The notes under the pieces were generated by a model that worked only from the letters and a program-made list of their open reading frames with translations, did not search any database and had not been told where the DNA came from. A DNA stretch of 64,000 nt. Origin: Actinomycetes bacterium (GTDB lineage: Bacteria > Actinomycetota > Thermoleophilia > BMS3ABIN01). Below are positions 39,371 to 48,251 of the stretch, piece after piece. Each line of letters begins with the position of its first letter. The stretch's first letter is position 1. The stretch covers positions 56,249 to 120,248 of the forward strand of contig JAJYLW010000002.1 in assembly GCA_021787475.1 (NCBI GenBank). The letters are read 5' to 3'. The position numbers were made by a program, and so were the translations under genes.

Positions 39371-40455
39371 CGTCCCTGCTTTGCTTTCAGGAATTCGTCG
39401 TATGATTTGGTGAAGAAATGGTGACCGGCGGCGTCGCCGGTGGCCACATAATAAAGGTAGTCAACTCTGGCCGGAGTGAGAGCTGCCTGGATGGACGCCA
39501 GCCCCGGATTGCAGATCGGCCCCGGCGGCAAGCCCGGGTATCTGCGGGTGTTATAAGGCGAATCAACCTGCAGGTCCTGCTGGGTCAAGTCCTGTTTCCA
39601 GGATCCGATTGCATACTGGACAGTGGCGTCAACATCAAGCCTCATCCCTGCCGCTAACCGGTTGTATATCACTGCCGCCACCAGGGGGCGTTCTTGCGCC
39701 ACCTTCGCCTCCCTCTCAATCATCGATGCGACGATCAGAACCTGGTAGGGGGTAAGCGAGGGCGGCGCCGTCCGCACGCCCTTTGTCCCGTCCCAGTCCA
39801 GTCCTGATGTCCGCGTTCTGAAGGTGGCCAACTGCTCGTTAACGAGTGTGCCCGCGTTAAGACCGGGGTCGAGATTGTAAGTGCTGGGAAAGAGAAACCC
39901 TTCCAGGGTTTTGGCCCGGCCGGCGCCGGCCAGCGACAGTTTCCGTCCCTGGACGGAAGTTGCCGCCAGGTAGCCCGGGGCGGAAATTGAAGTTTTAGCG
40001 GCAACCATTCTGGCGATGTCGGCGGCGTCGTAACCCTCAGGCACCGTCAGCACCGCTTCGGGAGCCTGCCGGCCCAGGCGCAGATCAGAGAGAATGTTCG
40101 CGATCGGCTCGCCCCGCGTGAACTTGTATGTGCCTGCTTTCAGGTCGCCGCCGCCGCCGGTTGCTTCCGCCTGATCGATGAACTCGCCGGCATCGCCGAT
40201 GACGTTGGCGCCGGCGAGCAGGCGGGCAATCTGAGACGTGGTCGCACCGCGGGCGATATGGACCGTCGCCTCGCCTCCCGCCCCCCGTAAGCCAGAATCC
40301 GGCATTGTCGCCGCCGTGACAACAATAACGGCGCCGATAACAATTAAAATAGCGTAGCGCTTAAGCCATGCAAGCGCCCGCCCGTGCTGCCTATGCTCAC
40401 CTGGACCGCCGGATTGCGCCCGCCCGCCGCCAAAATAAAGTTTACGTCTTTTCAT
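39367..40455 (-). CDS. mltG: Endolytic murein transglycosylase MltG (YceG-like)
   Basis: N-terminal transmembrane helix and YceG-like motifs (LEGFLFPSTY ... ASMIEREA). Confidence 0.8.
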   Translation of the reverse strand: MKRRKLYFGGGRAQSGGPGEHRQHGRALAWLKRYAILIVIGAVIVVTAATMPDSGLRGAGGEATVHIARGATTSQIARLLAGANVIGDAGEFIDQAEATGGGGDLKAGTYKFTRGEPIANILSDLRLGRQAPEAVLTVPEGYDAADIARMVAAKTSISAPGYLAATSVQGRKLSLAGAGRAKTLEGFLFPSTYNLDPGLNAGTLVNEQLATFRTRTSGLDWDGTKGVRTAPPSLTPYQVLIVASMIEREAKVAQERPLVAAVIYNRLAAGMRLDVDATVQYAIGSWKQDLTQQDLQVDSPYNTRRYPGLPPGPICNPGLASIQAALTPARVDYLYYVATGDAAGHHFFTKSYDEFLKAKQGR

Positions 40456-40894
40456 TTCCGAACCGGTGTTGATAATCTGCTGATATTAGGTAGTCTTCGA
40501 GCAGGATGCAGGCGGCGATTCCGTGCGCCGACGCCCGGGAGCCACCCGCATGTTCTGCCGCCATCTTGCTGGTGAAACGCTCATCCCAAGCCAGGACAGG
40601 CACATCCACGCTCGTCTTAAGCAAGTTGATAAACTCTTCAGTTTCGCCGGCCTGCCGGCCCTTCTTTCCGCTCAGCGACACCGGCATGCCGACTACGACG
40701 CAGCCCACGTCCTCCTCCTCTATCATCCTGGCAATTCTCCCGGCGCCCTCCGGGCCGGCCGCCCCGGATACGTCCGCAAGCGGCCTGGCGAGCAATCCCG
40801 AAGGATCGCTGATGGCGACACCAGTATGGACACGGCCATAATCAAGCGCGAGGACGCGGTTTCGTTGTTTGGGATGTCTGGATTCGGGAGTCAA
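40442..40894 (-). CDS. ruvX: Holliday-junction resolvase-like nuclease RuvX/YqgF
   Basis: RVLALDYGRVHTGVAISD and the RNase H-fold acidic residues. Confidence 0.85.
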   Translation of the reverse strand: MTPESRHPKQRNRVLALDYGRVHTGVAISDPSGLLARPLADVSGAAGPEGAGRIARMIEEEDVGCVVVGMPVSLSGKKGRQAGETEEFINLLKTSVDVPVLAWDERFTSKMAAEHAGGSRASAHGIAACILLEDYLISADYQHRFGNEKT

Positions 40895-40965
40895 ACGTGT
40901 CTCGGGGCAATATACGCCTGCGGCTGCGCTCTGGCAACCGGCGCCTGGCCTTTCCGCTCGTTTCT

Positions 40966-43593
40966 CTAACTGCTTGCGCCGAGCCTGGCGGCGATATGTT
41001 TGCGGGCAGCTTCGTGAGCAGCCTTGGCCTTGCCCGCATCGGCGCCGCTGCCCCGGGCCAGATTCGCCCTGCCGCCGCCCTTGCCGCCGACGAGAGGAGC
41101 TACTTCCTTGATCAGGTCGCCGGCGTGGACACCGTGGTCAACCGCCTTTTGTGAAATATTTGCGATCATGCTGATGCGGCCGCCGGCAGTTGACGTAACA
41201 AATATGGCGGCTGGCTCAAAGCGCTCCTTGAGCAAGTCGGAAAAAACCGGAAGCTCTGAGACGCTGACCTTATCATCGTTTAGCGTTACTATGTTTACTC
41301 CAGCGATAATTCCTATTGCTTTGACCTTTCCGGCATGCTCCCTCAGTTTTCTTGCCGCCGCCTGCTTTTCCAGCTTGCCAAGCCGCTCTAACTCGGCCCT
41401 AAGCCCGGCCAGCTCCGCCAGTATTGATTCCGGCTCCGTTTTTAGCTCCCGCGCCAGATCTTCGGCCAGCAGCGCGCGCCGGCGGAGGAAATCAATTGCC
41501 GCCCTGGAGGTGATCGCCTCAATCCGGCGCAGGTTGGCTCCGACGCTCGATTCGGAGACAATTCTGAATGCGCCAATCTGGGCGGTGCTGCTGACATGGG
41601 TGCCGCCGCAGAGCTCGCGGCTGAAGTCGCCGATCTCGATTACACGGACAAAATCGCCGTATTTTTCATCGAAAAGGGCAATGGCGCCCATGTCGCGGGC
41701 ATACTCCAGAGTTGTCGTAAAAGCCTTGACGGGGTGGTTCTCAATGATCTTTCGGTTAATCATATCTTCAATCCGTGCCAGTTCCCCATCACTGACGCCT
41801 TCCCCGTAACTAAAATCGAACCGGAGCTTTTCCGGCCCGACCGCCGAGCCTGCCTGCCGCACCTGCTCGCCGAGAAGCTGCCTGAGCGCATTCTGAAGCA
41901 GATGGGTGGCGGAGTGATTGCAGGATGTGGCGTGGCGCCGCACCCTGTTGATCATTGCTTTGGCCCGGGCGCCAGCCTCCAGCCGGCCCTCGGTCACCTC
42001 CGCCAGAACGGCCTGGTCTCCATCCAGCGAGAGCACCTCCAGCACATCCGCTTTGCCGTCATCCGTGTGAATCCAGCCTGTATCGGATATCTGGCCCCCG
42101 GATTCGGCGTAAAAGGGCGATTCCCTCAGCTTAAGCAGCACCCGTCCATCTCCCAGTTCCCGCAAGTCGCCAATGGACGTGTAAAGCTCATGCCTGCCGT
42201 AACCGACAAACTCGGTCTTTACCTTGCCGCTCCGGCCCAGCTCCGCCAGCGCCTCCAGGTCTCTGCCGCCGGTAGTTTTTATTGACGCACGGGCGCGGCG
42301 GCGCTGCTCGTCCATCAGGCGGTCAAACCCTTCTTCGTCCACCTCCAGGCCCTCGTTATGCACTATCTCGCTGGTAAGGTCGTACGGGAATCCGTAGGTA
42401 TCATGCAGGCGGAAGGCTATCTCGCCGTCCATGACCCGGCCGCCCGACTTCTTTGTCGCAACAATGGCTTCGGTGAGCATGTCGTTGCCCTGAGCCAGGG
42501 TGATGCCGAAGCGTTCCTCTTCCTGGCCCGACATGGCGGCGATCATCCTTCCCGCCTGGCCCAGCTCCGGATAATATGGCTGCATCAACTCGACGACCCG
42601 GGAACAGAGTCCGGCGAGGAATGGCGGTTTTGCCGCAAGGGCCGAGGCTGCCTGAATGGCGCGCCGCATAACCCGCCTGAGCACGTAGCCGCGGCCCTCA
42701 TTGTCCGCAAACACGCCGTCAGCCACCAGGAACGCGATCGCCCGGGCATGGTCGGCGAGCACGCGAATAGCGCGGTCGTTTTTCTGCGCTGCTCCATATT
42801 TAACGCCGATCGTCTCGCAGACGTAATCAATCAGCGGCTTGAACAAATCGGTCTCAAAGACACTCAGCTTCCCTTCAATAACCGCAGATATTCGCTCAAG
42901 CCCCATTCCCGTGTCAACATTTTGGCGCGGCAGCGGCGTGAGCGCGCCGGCCTCGTCGCGGTCAAACTGCATGAAAACCAGGTTCCAGAACTCGACAAAC
43001 CTATCACAATCACAACCGGGGGCGCAGTCCGGCCTGCCACAGCCCGCCTCTGCGCCCAGGTCGAAGTAAAGCTCGGTGCAGGGGCCGCAGGGCCCCGTCG
43101 GCCCGGCGGACCAGAAATTGTCGGCGGCGGGCAGGGCGATGATGCGCTCCGGCGGCAATCCTGCCTTCAGCCAGGTTTCCCTGGCTTCATCGTCGGCCGC
43201 CACATTGTCATCGCCCGCGAAAATGCTCACCCAGATTCGTTCTGCGTCCAGCCCGAGCACACCGGTTGAATAGCGCCAGGCAAGGTCAATCGCGCCCTCC
43301 TTGAAATAATCGCCAAAAGAAAAATTGCCCAGCATCTCGAAGAAAGTGAGATGGCGGGCAGTCTTGCCGACATTGTCAATATCGGTGGTGCGGAAGCACT
43401 TCTGGCAGGTAGTCAAACGCGGATGAGGCGGCGGCTGAATCCCCAGGAAAAATGGCTTGAATTGCTGCATACCGGCCGTTGTAAGCAGCACAGATGGATC
43501 ACTTGCCGGAACCAGCGGGGCGCTAGGCCGGTTTTCGTGCCCGTTTTGCGTAAAAAACTCACGAAAGCTGGCGCGGATCTCATGGCTCTTCAA
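40966..43593 (-). CDS. alaS: Alanyl-tRNA synthetase
   Basis: 875 aa. Class II core, editing-domain HxxxH/CxxxH motifs (HSATHLL ... CGGTHV) and a C-terminal DHHA1 domain. Confidence 0.9.
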   Translation of the reverse strand: MKSHEIRASFREFFTQNGHENRPSAPLVPASDPSVLLTTAGMQQFKPFFLGIQPPPHPRLTTCQKCFRTTDIDNVGKTARHLTFFEMLGNFSFGDYFKEGAIDLAWRYSTGVLGLDAERIWVSIFAGDDNVAADDEARETWLKAGLPPERIIALPAADNFWSAGPTGPCGPCTELYFDLGAEAGCGRPDCAPGCDCDRFVEFWNLVFMQFDRDEAGALTPLPRQNVDTGMGLERISAVIEGKLSVFETDLFKPLIDYVCETIGVKYGAAQKNDRAIRVLADHARAIAFLVADGVFADNEGRGYVLRRVMRRAIQAASALAAKPPFLAGLCSRVVELMQPYYPELGQAGRMIAAMSGQEEERFGITLAQGNDMLTEAIVATKKSGGRVMDGEIAFRLHDTYGFPYDLTSEIVHNEGLEVDEEGFDRLMDEQRRRARASIKTTGGRDLEALAELGRSGKVKTEFVGYGRHELYTSIGDLRELGDGRVLLKLRESPFYAESGGQISDTGWIHTDDGKADVLEVLSLDGDQAVLAEVTEGRLEAGARAKAMINRVRRHATSCNHSATHLLQNALRQLLGEQVRQAGSAVGPEKLRFDFSYGEGVSDGELARIEDMINRKIIENHPVKAFTTTLEYARDMGAIALFDEKYGDFVRVIEIGDFSRELCGGTHVSSTAQIGAFRIVSESSVGANLRRIEAITSRAAIDFLRRRALLAEDLARELKTEPESILAELAGLRAELERLGKLEKQAAARKLREHAGKVKAIGIIAGVNIVTLNDDKVSVSELPVFSDLLKERFEPAAIFVTSTAGGRISMIANISQKAVDHGVHAGDLIKEVAPLVGGKGGGRANLARGSGADAGKAKAAHEAARKHIAARLGASS

Positions 43594-43602
43594 CTAGGGC
43601 TG

Positions 43603-44400
43603 TCAACTCTCCTTTCCCTCCCGCAGCTCTATCTCGGCGCGCACCTTGCTTAGTGCCCTCCGGATCAGGCGGGACACGTGCATCTGTGATACGCCTATGT
43701 TCGCTGCTATCTGCGACTGAGTCAAGCCGGCAAAGAATCTCTGGTGTAAAATTCGGCGCTCGCGGCCGTTCAGCCGCGACAGGCCAGGCTCCAGAATAAC
43801 ACGCCGCTCGGCGTCGTCAAACCCTTCCTCATAGTTGCCTACCGACTCCATCGGCGACCGCTCGTCTTCATCATCCGAGCTCAGACGGTGATCCAGTGAC
43901 AAAGAGCAGCGCGAGCGGCCGGCTTCAATCGCCTCCATTACTTCTTCCGGGGAAGCGCCGACCGCGGCCGCCAGCTCGTTGACGGTGGGAGAGCGGTGCT
44001 GGCTGCCGGCAAGAAAGCCGGTGACATGTTCAAGTTTCATGTTGAGTTCGACGAGGCCGCGGGGGACCTTTACCGCCCAGCCCTTGTCCCGAAAATATCG
44101 TTTGATCTCGCCAATGATATTGGGGGTGGCATAAGTCGAAAGCGCGACGCCTCGCCCGGGGTCGAACCTATCAATCGCCTTGATCAGGCCGATGCAGCCC
44201 ACCTGAACCAGGTCTTCCAGTTGCTCTCCCCGCTGGCTATAGCGCCGCGAGACGCCGTAAACCAACGGCAGATAGCGGACGATCAGCTCATCGCGAGCCC
44301 GCGTATCGCCACGAACATGGTAGGCATCGAGCAGCTGCTTTTCCTCAAATCGCTTGGAACCACCTTTGGTTGGCCTGGGTATGCAGACAGTAGCTTCCAT
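43603..44400 (-). CDS. Group-3 sigma-70 family factor (SigB/SigF/FliA-like)
   Basis: Regions 2 to 4, including DLVQVGCIGLIKAIDRFD and a region-4 helix-turn-helix QSQIAANIGVSQMHVSRL. ATG start with GGAGGTG 5 nt upstream. Confidence 0.75.
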   Translation of the reverse strand: MEATVCIPRPTKGGSKRFEEKQLLDAYHVRGDTRARDELIVRYLPLVYGVSRRYSQRGEQLEDLVQVGCIGLIKAIDRFDPGRGVALSTYATPNIIGEIKRYFRDKGWAVKVPRGLVELNMKLEHVTGFLAGSQHRSPTVNELAAAVGASPEEVMEAIEAGRSRCSLSLDHRLSSDDEDERSPMESVGNYEEGFDDAERRVILEPGLSRLNGRERRILHQRFFAGLTQSQIAANIGVSQMHVSRLIRRALSKVRAEIELREGKES

Positions 44401-44645
44401 CCGGGCACCTCCATCGAATCCGCCCCTTGAAAGGGCCTGGGCTTGCATCCCTTAGGTTCTGATGGTAACCCCGTTCCTGCCCGCCGCAGCACGCAGTCAG
44501 GCTGCGGAAAAAGTCACTTTCCTGAATCCAAGCGCAAAATCCATTCGCAAGAAAATGCGAAAGAATTATTGACATACCCTCCCGGGCTTAAGTTAAACAT
44601 GGCCGAATGTGAGTTTTCGCAAATGCTAGTAAGAACAACCAGGGC

Positions 44646-44930
44646 CTAGGCGACAAAATCAGCCGGCTGGGCAGGTTCAGACTGCTCTTCCGGCTCCCCC
44701 AGCTGGCGCTCAATCTCCGCTTCCTTTGCCGCCGCTGCCTGCTTGCCGGCGTCAACGGCAAGCCTGAGTTTCTCCTGCCACCCGGCCCCGGACCCCTTTA
44801 ATTCGGCCGGCAGATTCCCCAGCACTTCGACAATATCCCTGCCCGTCTCCTGGCTCCGCTTTTGGGCGTAAAATACGGCTGCGGCAGCCGCCGCCGCCGA
44901 CAACAGGCCAACCTTTGAAAAAAATCCCAT
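44646..44930 (-). CDS. YtxH-like small membrane-anchored protein
   Basis: N-terminal hydrophobic segment and a KE-rich amphipathic C-terminus. Tandem with the DUF948 gene. Confidence 0.4.
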   Translation of the reverse strand: MGFFSKVGLLSAAAAAAAVFYAQKRSQETGRDIVEVLGNLPAELKGSGAGWQEKLRLAVDAGKQAAAAKEAEIERQLGEPEEQSEPAQPADFVA

Positions 44931-44932
44931 TG

Positions 44933-45319
44933 CTACCGCCTCTCCCGCTGCAGCCAGAGCGAGGTAATCGCACCCGAAACTCCGGCAGATACGCCGGCCA
45001 GCTTTTTCACCGGAGTGGTCACCGCCATCTGCATTGCCTTCGTAGTAGCCTCAACCCTGTCGGTGACGTCAACCAAGGTCCCCATCATGTCATCTGCTTT
45101 CCCCAGCTGGCTGTTTACTTCGTCCATTGTCACCTGCAACCGCGAAAGCAACGGAATTATCTCTTCATCCAGCCGTTTGAGAAAAACGTTCATTCTGGCA
45201 AACGTTCCGCCAACCTTTAACAGCACGTAGGCCAGCGCCAGGGCGGTAATAACAAGAAAAAAGCTAAGCGCCGCTTCGAGAATCGCCGTCCAGTCCATAA
45301 GGATGTTCCTCCCGGTCAT
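44933..45319 (-). CDS. DUF948-family membrane protein
   Basis: N-terminal transmembrane helix followed by a long coiled coil, an architecture typical of DUF948. Confidence 0.5.
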   Translation of the reverse strand: MTGRNILMDWTAILEAALSFFLVITALALAYVLLKVGGTFARMNVFLKRLDEEIIPLLSRLQVTMDEVNSQLGKADDMMGTLVDVTDRVEATTKAMQMAVTTPVKKLAGVSAGVSGAITSLWLQRERR

Positions 45320-45641
45320 TAAGGGCGTAATGTTGCCCGTATCTTAACACGTTAAAACATCCTCTGGCACTCCGCCATCTTTTCCTGATGCGGCAGCCGT
45401 TGAGGCCGGTTTTGATGCAGAGGAAAATATACAGCAGTCACGCTGGCGACGCTATCGGGAAAGCCTCTGATTTGCGCTGCGGCAAAACCCCGACAAACAT
45501 GATTTGATTTCTGTCCGGTGGCTTATTCCCTTGCTGATCATCAAATTTCTCCGGAATGATCTCAGGGCTTGCCTCAATCTGCACCTACGGCCGGCCGGCT
45601 CCGCGTCGGCGTCCCTGTGGCCAGTTCCCGGCAAGCCCCTC

Positions 45642-45686
45642 GCACCATTATTCTTTTCTGATTATCCGAGTGAAAATGGTGATCGG
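45642..45686. repeat. Intergenic repeat, type B, copy 2
   Basis: CAAGCCCCTCGCACCATT...CCGA-GTGAAAATGGTGA-TCGG. The stem carries a compensatory change (CCGA/TCGG) relative to copies 1 and 3 (CTGA/TCAG). Confidence 0.55.
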
Positions 45687-45697
45687 TATTTCTTTTC

Positions 45698-47188
45698 TTA
45701 CGGATTGGTCGCGGTTATAATTCCACCGGCGGCCAGTGTGCTCCCCCGATAAAACACCGCCGACTGACCCGGGGCAATGCCGTACGCCGGCACTGAAAGG
45801 TCAGCCTCCCATTTCCCGTTGCCGGTCCGCACCTGCGCTTCCACAGCCGGTGAATTGTACCTCATTTGCAGCAGCAGCCGCTCCTTCGCCTCGACGCCGG
45901 CAAATGAATTGATGCCCGAGACTTTGATGCTTCGCACCGCCAGGTGTTTGCGCGGGCCCGCCACGACAAGATTCTTCTCCGGCAAGGTTTTTATTACATA
46001 CATCGCCTCGCGGCGGCCGCCGCCGCCAAGGCCTCGCCTTTGGCCAACCGTATAATTGTGGTAACCGTCATGGACGCCGATCTTGCCGCCGCTTAAATCA
46101 ACAATGTCCCCCGGGCCCGGCGCCTGCCTTTCTCCAAGGCTGGATGTGATGAAACTGCGGTAATCGCCGCCGGGGATGAAGCAAATGTCCTGGCTCTCGG
46201 GACGTCCACCGGCCTGCAGGCGGGCGCTTTGGGCCAGCAAGCGGACTGCCGGCTTTGACATTTCTCCCAAGGGAAAGCTTAACTTCTCCAGAAGCCCGGG
46301 CTTTACCGCCCAGAGCATGTAGGACTGATCCTTGTCACGATCAACGCCGCGCGCCAGCAACGGTGCGCCTTTTCTCCTGACAATGCGGACATAGTGGCCC
46401 GTCGCCACTTTCGCGGCGCCGAGCCTGGCGGCCAGCCTTACCAGGGCGGGAAACCGGAGGCGGCCGTTGCAGCGTACGCACGGATTCGGCGTCATGCCGG
46501 CAAGGTAACTGCGGCAGAAATCGTTGATTACCTCTTCGAAAAAAGGGCGGCTGTAATCGATGGTCAGATGCGGCAAGCCAAGACTGTGGCAGGTTTCGCG
46601 GGCATCGAGGACCGCGCCGGCAGAACAGCAGCTTCTTCCGGCATCGTCTCCATCGTTTCCGCCCGGGTCATCCAGCAGTCTCATTGTCAACCCGATAACA
46701 TCACGGCCTGCCCGCTGCTCAAGCAGGCAGGCAACCGAACTGTCCACGCCGCCGCTCATGGCGACAAGCACGGTTTTCTTCCCGGCGCCAGAAGCGACCG
46801 GAAATTTTTCCCGCCGGAACGCATCTTCGAAAGCGCGGTGCAGCGCTTCGATGGCAAAAGCCGCAGATATATTTATTCCCTTTGATAAAGAGGCCGATTC
46901 CGGCCTGCCGAGCCTCTCCGTTAGAGCCTCAACCGGCAGGGCGGCCGCCTGGCGCCACTCCATACCCTTGGTCATCGTCGTCAGAAGGCTGCCGGCGGCA
47001 ATTGCGGCGCCTGAGCCGGACGCCATAAACGTCGCCTGCTCGACGGCCTGCCTCCTGAACTTAAGAAAGATCCTGAGAGAGGCGCCGCAATTGTCACTGC
47101 CTGCCTGTCCACAGCCATCTGCCCCGGCAAGCCGCCCGGCGTTTTGGGGATTCTGAAAATGATCAAAAAGGAGAGCATCCATGGCCAT
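45698..47188 (-). CDS. mnmA: tRNA-specific 2-thiouridylase MnmA with an N-terminal IscU/NifU-like domain
   Basis: PP-loop SGGVDSS and the catalytic Cys region in the C-terminal 360 aa. The N-terminal roughly 130 aa aligns to IscU (FQNPQNAG...DNCGASLRIFLKF...MASGSGAAIAAGSL) but retains only the first of the three cluster cysteines. Confidence 0.8.
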   Translation of the reverse strand: MAMDALLFDHFQNPQNAGRLAGADGCGQAGSDNCGASLRIFLKFRRQAVEQATFMASGSGAAIAAGSLLTTMTKGMEWRQAAALPVEALTERLGRPESASLSKGINISAAFAIEALHRAFEDAFRREKFPVASGAGKKTVLVAMSGGVDSSVACLLEQRAGRDVIGLTMRLLDDPGGNDGDDAGRSCCSAGAVLDARETCHSLGLPHLTIDYSRPFFEEVINDFCRSYLAGMTPNPCVRCNGRLRFPALVRLAARLGAAKVATGHYVRIVRRKGAPLLARGVDRDKDQSYMLWAVKPGLLEKLSFPLGEMSKPAVRLLAQSARLQAGGRPESQDICFIPGGDYRSFITSSLGERQAPGPGDIVDLSGGKIGVHDGYHNYTVGQRRGLGGGGRREAMYVIKTLPEKNLVVAGPRKHLAVRSIKVSGINSFAGVEAKERLLLQMRYNSPAVEAQVRTGNGKWEADLSVPAYGIAPGQSAVFYRGSTLAAGGIITATNP

Positions 47189-47288
47189 CGATACATTTTA
47201 CTGATCATACAATTTATTCAGGAAACTGCTCGGGGTTTGCCTAGTTCTGCCTAAGTCCGGCCGGCGATCATCCATTGAAGAAACTCAT

Positions 47289-47329
47289 AGGACACGATCC
47301 CAATTTCCTTCGGGAATCGGGTCATGTCC
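47289..47329. repeat. Intergenic hairpin repeat, type A, copy 2
   Basis: GGACACGATCCCAATTTCC-TTCG-GGAATCGGGTCATGTCCC. It lies between the mnmA start and the upstream thioredoxin-like gene. Confidence 0.6.
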
Positions 47330-47348
47330 CATGAGTGCTTTGGCGGTC

Positions 47349-47888
47349 CTAGCCCAGAATCTCGGAAATCCCCTGCTGTAATGACTTGTCATCCACGTAA
47401 CCGGTCCATGCCCGTTGAACCCTGGCCTGTTTGTTGATCATGATCACGCTGGGCGTCGCATTAACCTTAAGCAGGGTCATCAAATCACCATATTTGTTGC
47501 CATCGGAGAAGAAGTAATCATAAAAATCGACCTGGCCGCGGTAGCGGCTCTCCAGCGTGTTCAGCGACTGGCGCACCTGGTCGTCATCAGCGGAGCCGAT
47601 CATGTAAAAGAGGACAACCACCGGCCGGCGGCTGCTCAACGATGCGCGGAAGTCCTGGGGAGACTGATCGGTAGGAATGACAAGCTGGCCAATCATTTGC
47701 TCCGGCTCGGCCGAAGCGCTGCTGCCGGCGGCCCGCGCCGTTGTTGACGCGGTTCCCGGGGTGGCCGAGACAGTCCTGGGGGTGGTAGTTGGCGGAGCCG
47801 CCGGCTGGCTGCCCCCGCAAGCGACAAATAAAAAAGCCGTCAGCGCCAAAAGAAGCACTGAGGCTGTAATCTTGAGTAGCTTGGTCAT
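47349..47888 (-). CDS. Thioredoxin-fold lipoprotein (no CxxC motif)
   Basis: Lipobox LFVAC after a signal peptide. The C-terminal domain resembles a thioredoxin-like fold but lacks the active-site cysteines. Confidence 0.5.
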   Translation of the reverse strand: MTKLLKITASVLLLALTAFLFVACGGSQPAAPPTTTPRTVSATPGTASTTARAAGSSASAEPEQMIGQLVIPTDQSPQDFRASLSSRRPVVVLFYMIGSADDDQVRQSLNTLESRYRGQVDFYDYFFSDGNKYGDLMTLLKVNATPSVIMINKQARVQRAWTGYVDDKSLQQGISEILG

Positions 47889-48151
47889 CTAAGCCACGCC
47901 TCCAAAATAAAGCTCCACCCTGCCGTGTCCGCCCATTTATTGAACCTGCTCCAGCAGGTGGGTGCCCGCTCCCCAGCTACCCTCAGATAGCGGGAGAAGA
48001 CAAAGCTCCCGTACACAATATGTTGGCTCAATAAAGTTGCAGATCACGCACAAGGTCGAGCAAGACAATACTATCACACGCCCTTATTCTTCGGCAACAG
48101 GAAAACAAAACCTTCAAAAACAATGCCGGCCTTCCTGCGCCCGGATCCCGG

Positions 48152-48213
48152 CAAGCCCCTCGCATCATTTTTTTTTTTTTTTTTTTATTATTCTGAGTGA
48201 AGAGGATGTTCAG
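48152..48213. repeat. Intergenic repeat, type B, copy 3, containing a T19 homopolymer
   Basis: CAAGCCCCTCGCATCA + T19 (48168-48186) + ATTATT-CTGA-GTGAAGAGGATGT-TCAG. Confidence 0.6.
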
Positions 48214-48251
48214 TTCAGTTTATTCGACGTTCGCAATTCGCAATTCGACAT

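Noticed and set aside
43594-44645. T-box leaders upstream of alaS, gltX, hisS/aspS and glyQS
   Set aside because: There are no specifier-loop/T-box consensus (AATTAGGGTGGNACCGCG) sequences. Spacers are very short, the genes are mostly translationally coupled, and the alaS gene is 9 nt from the sigma-factor gene.
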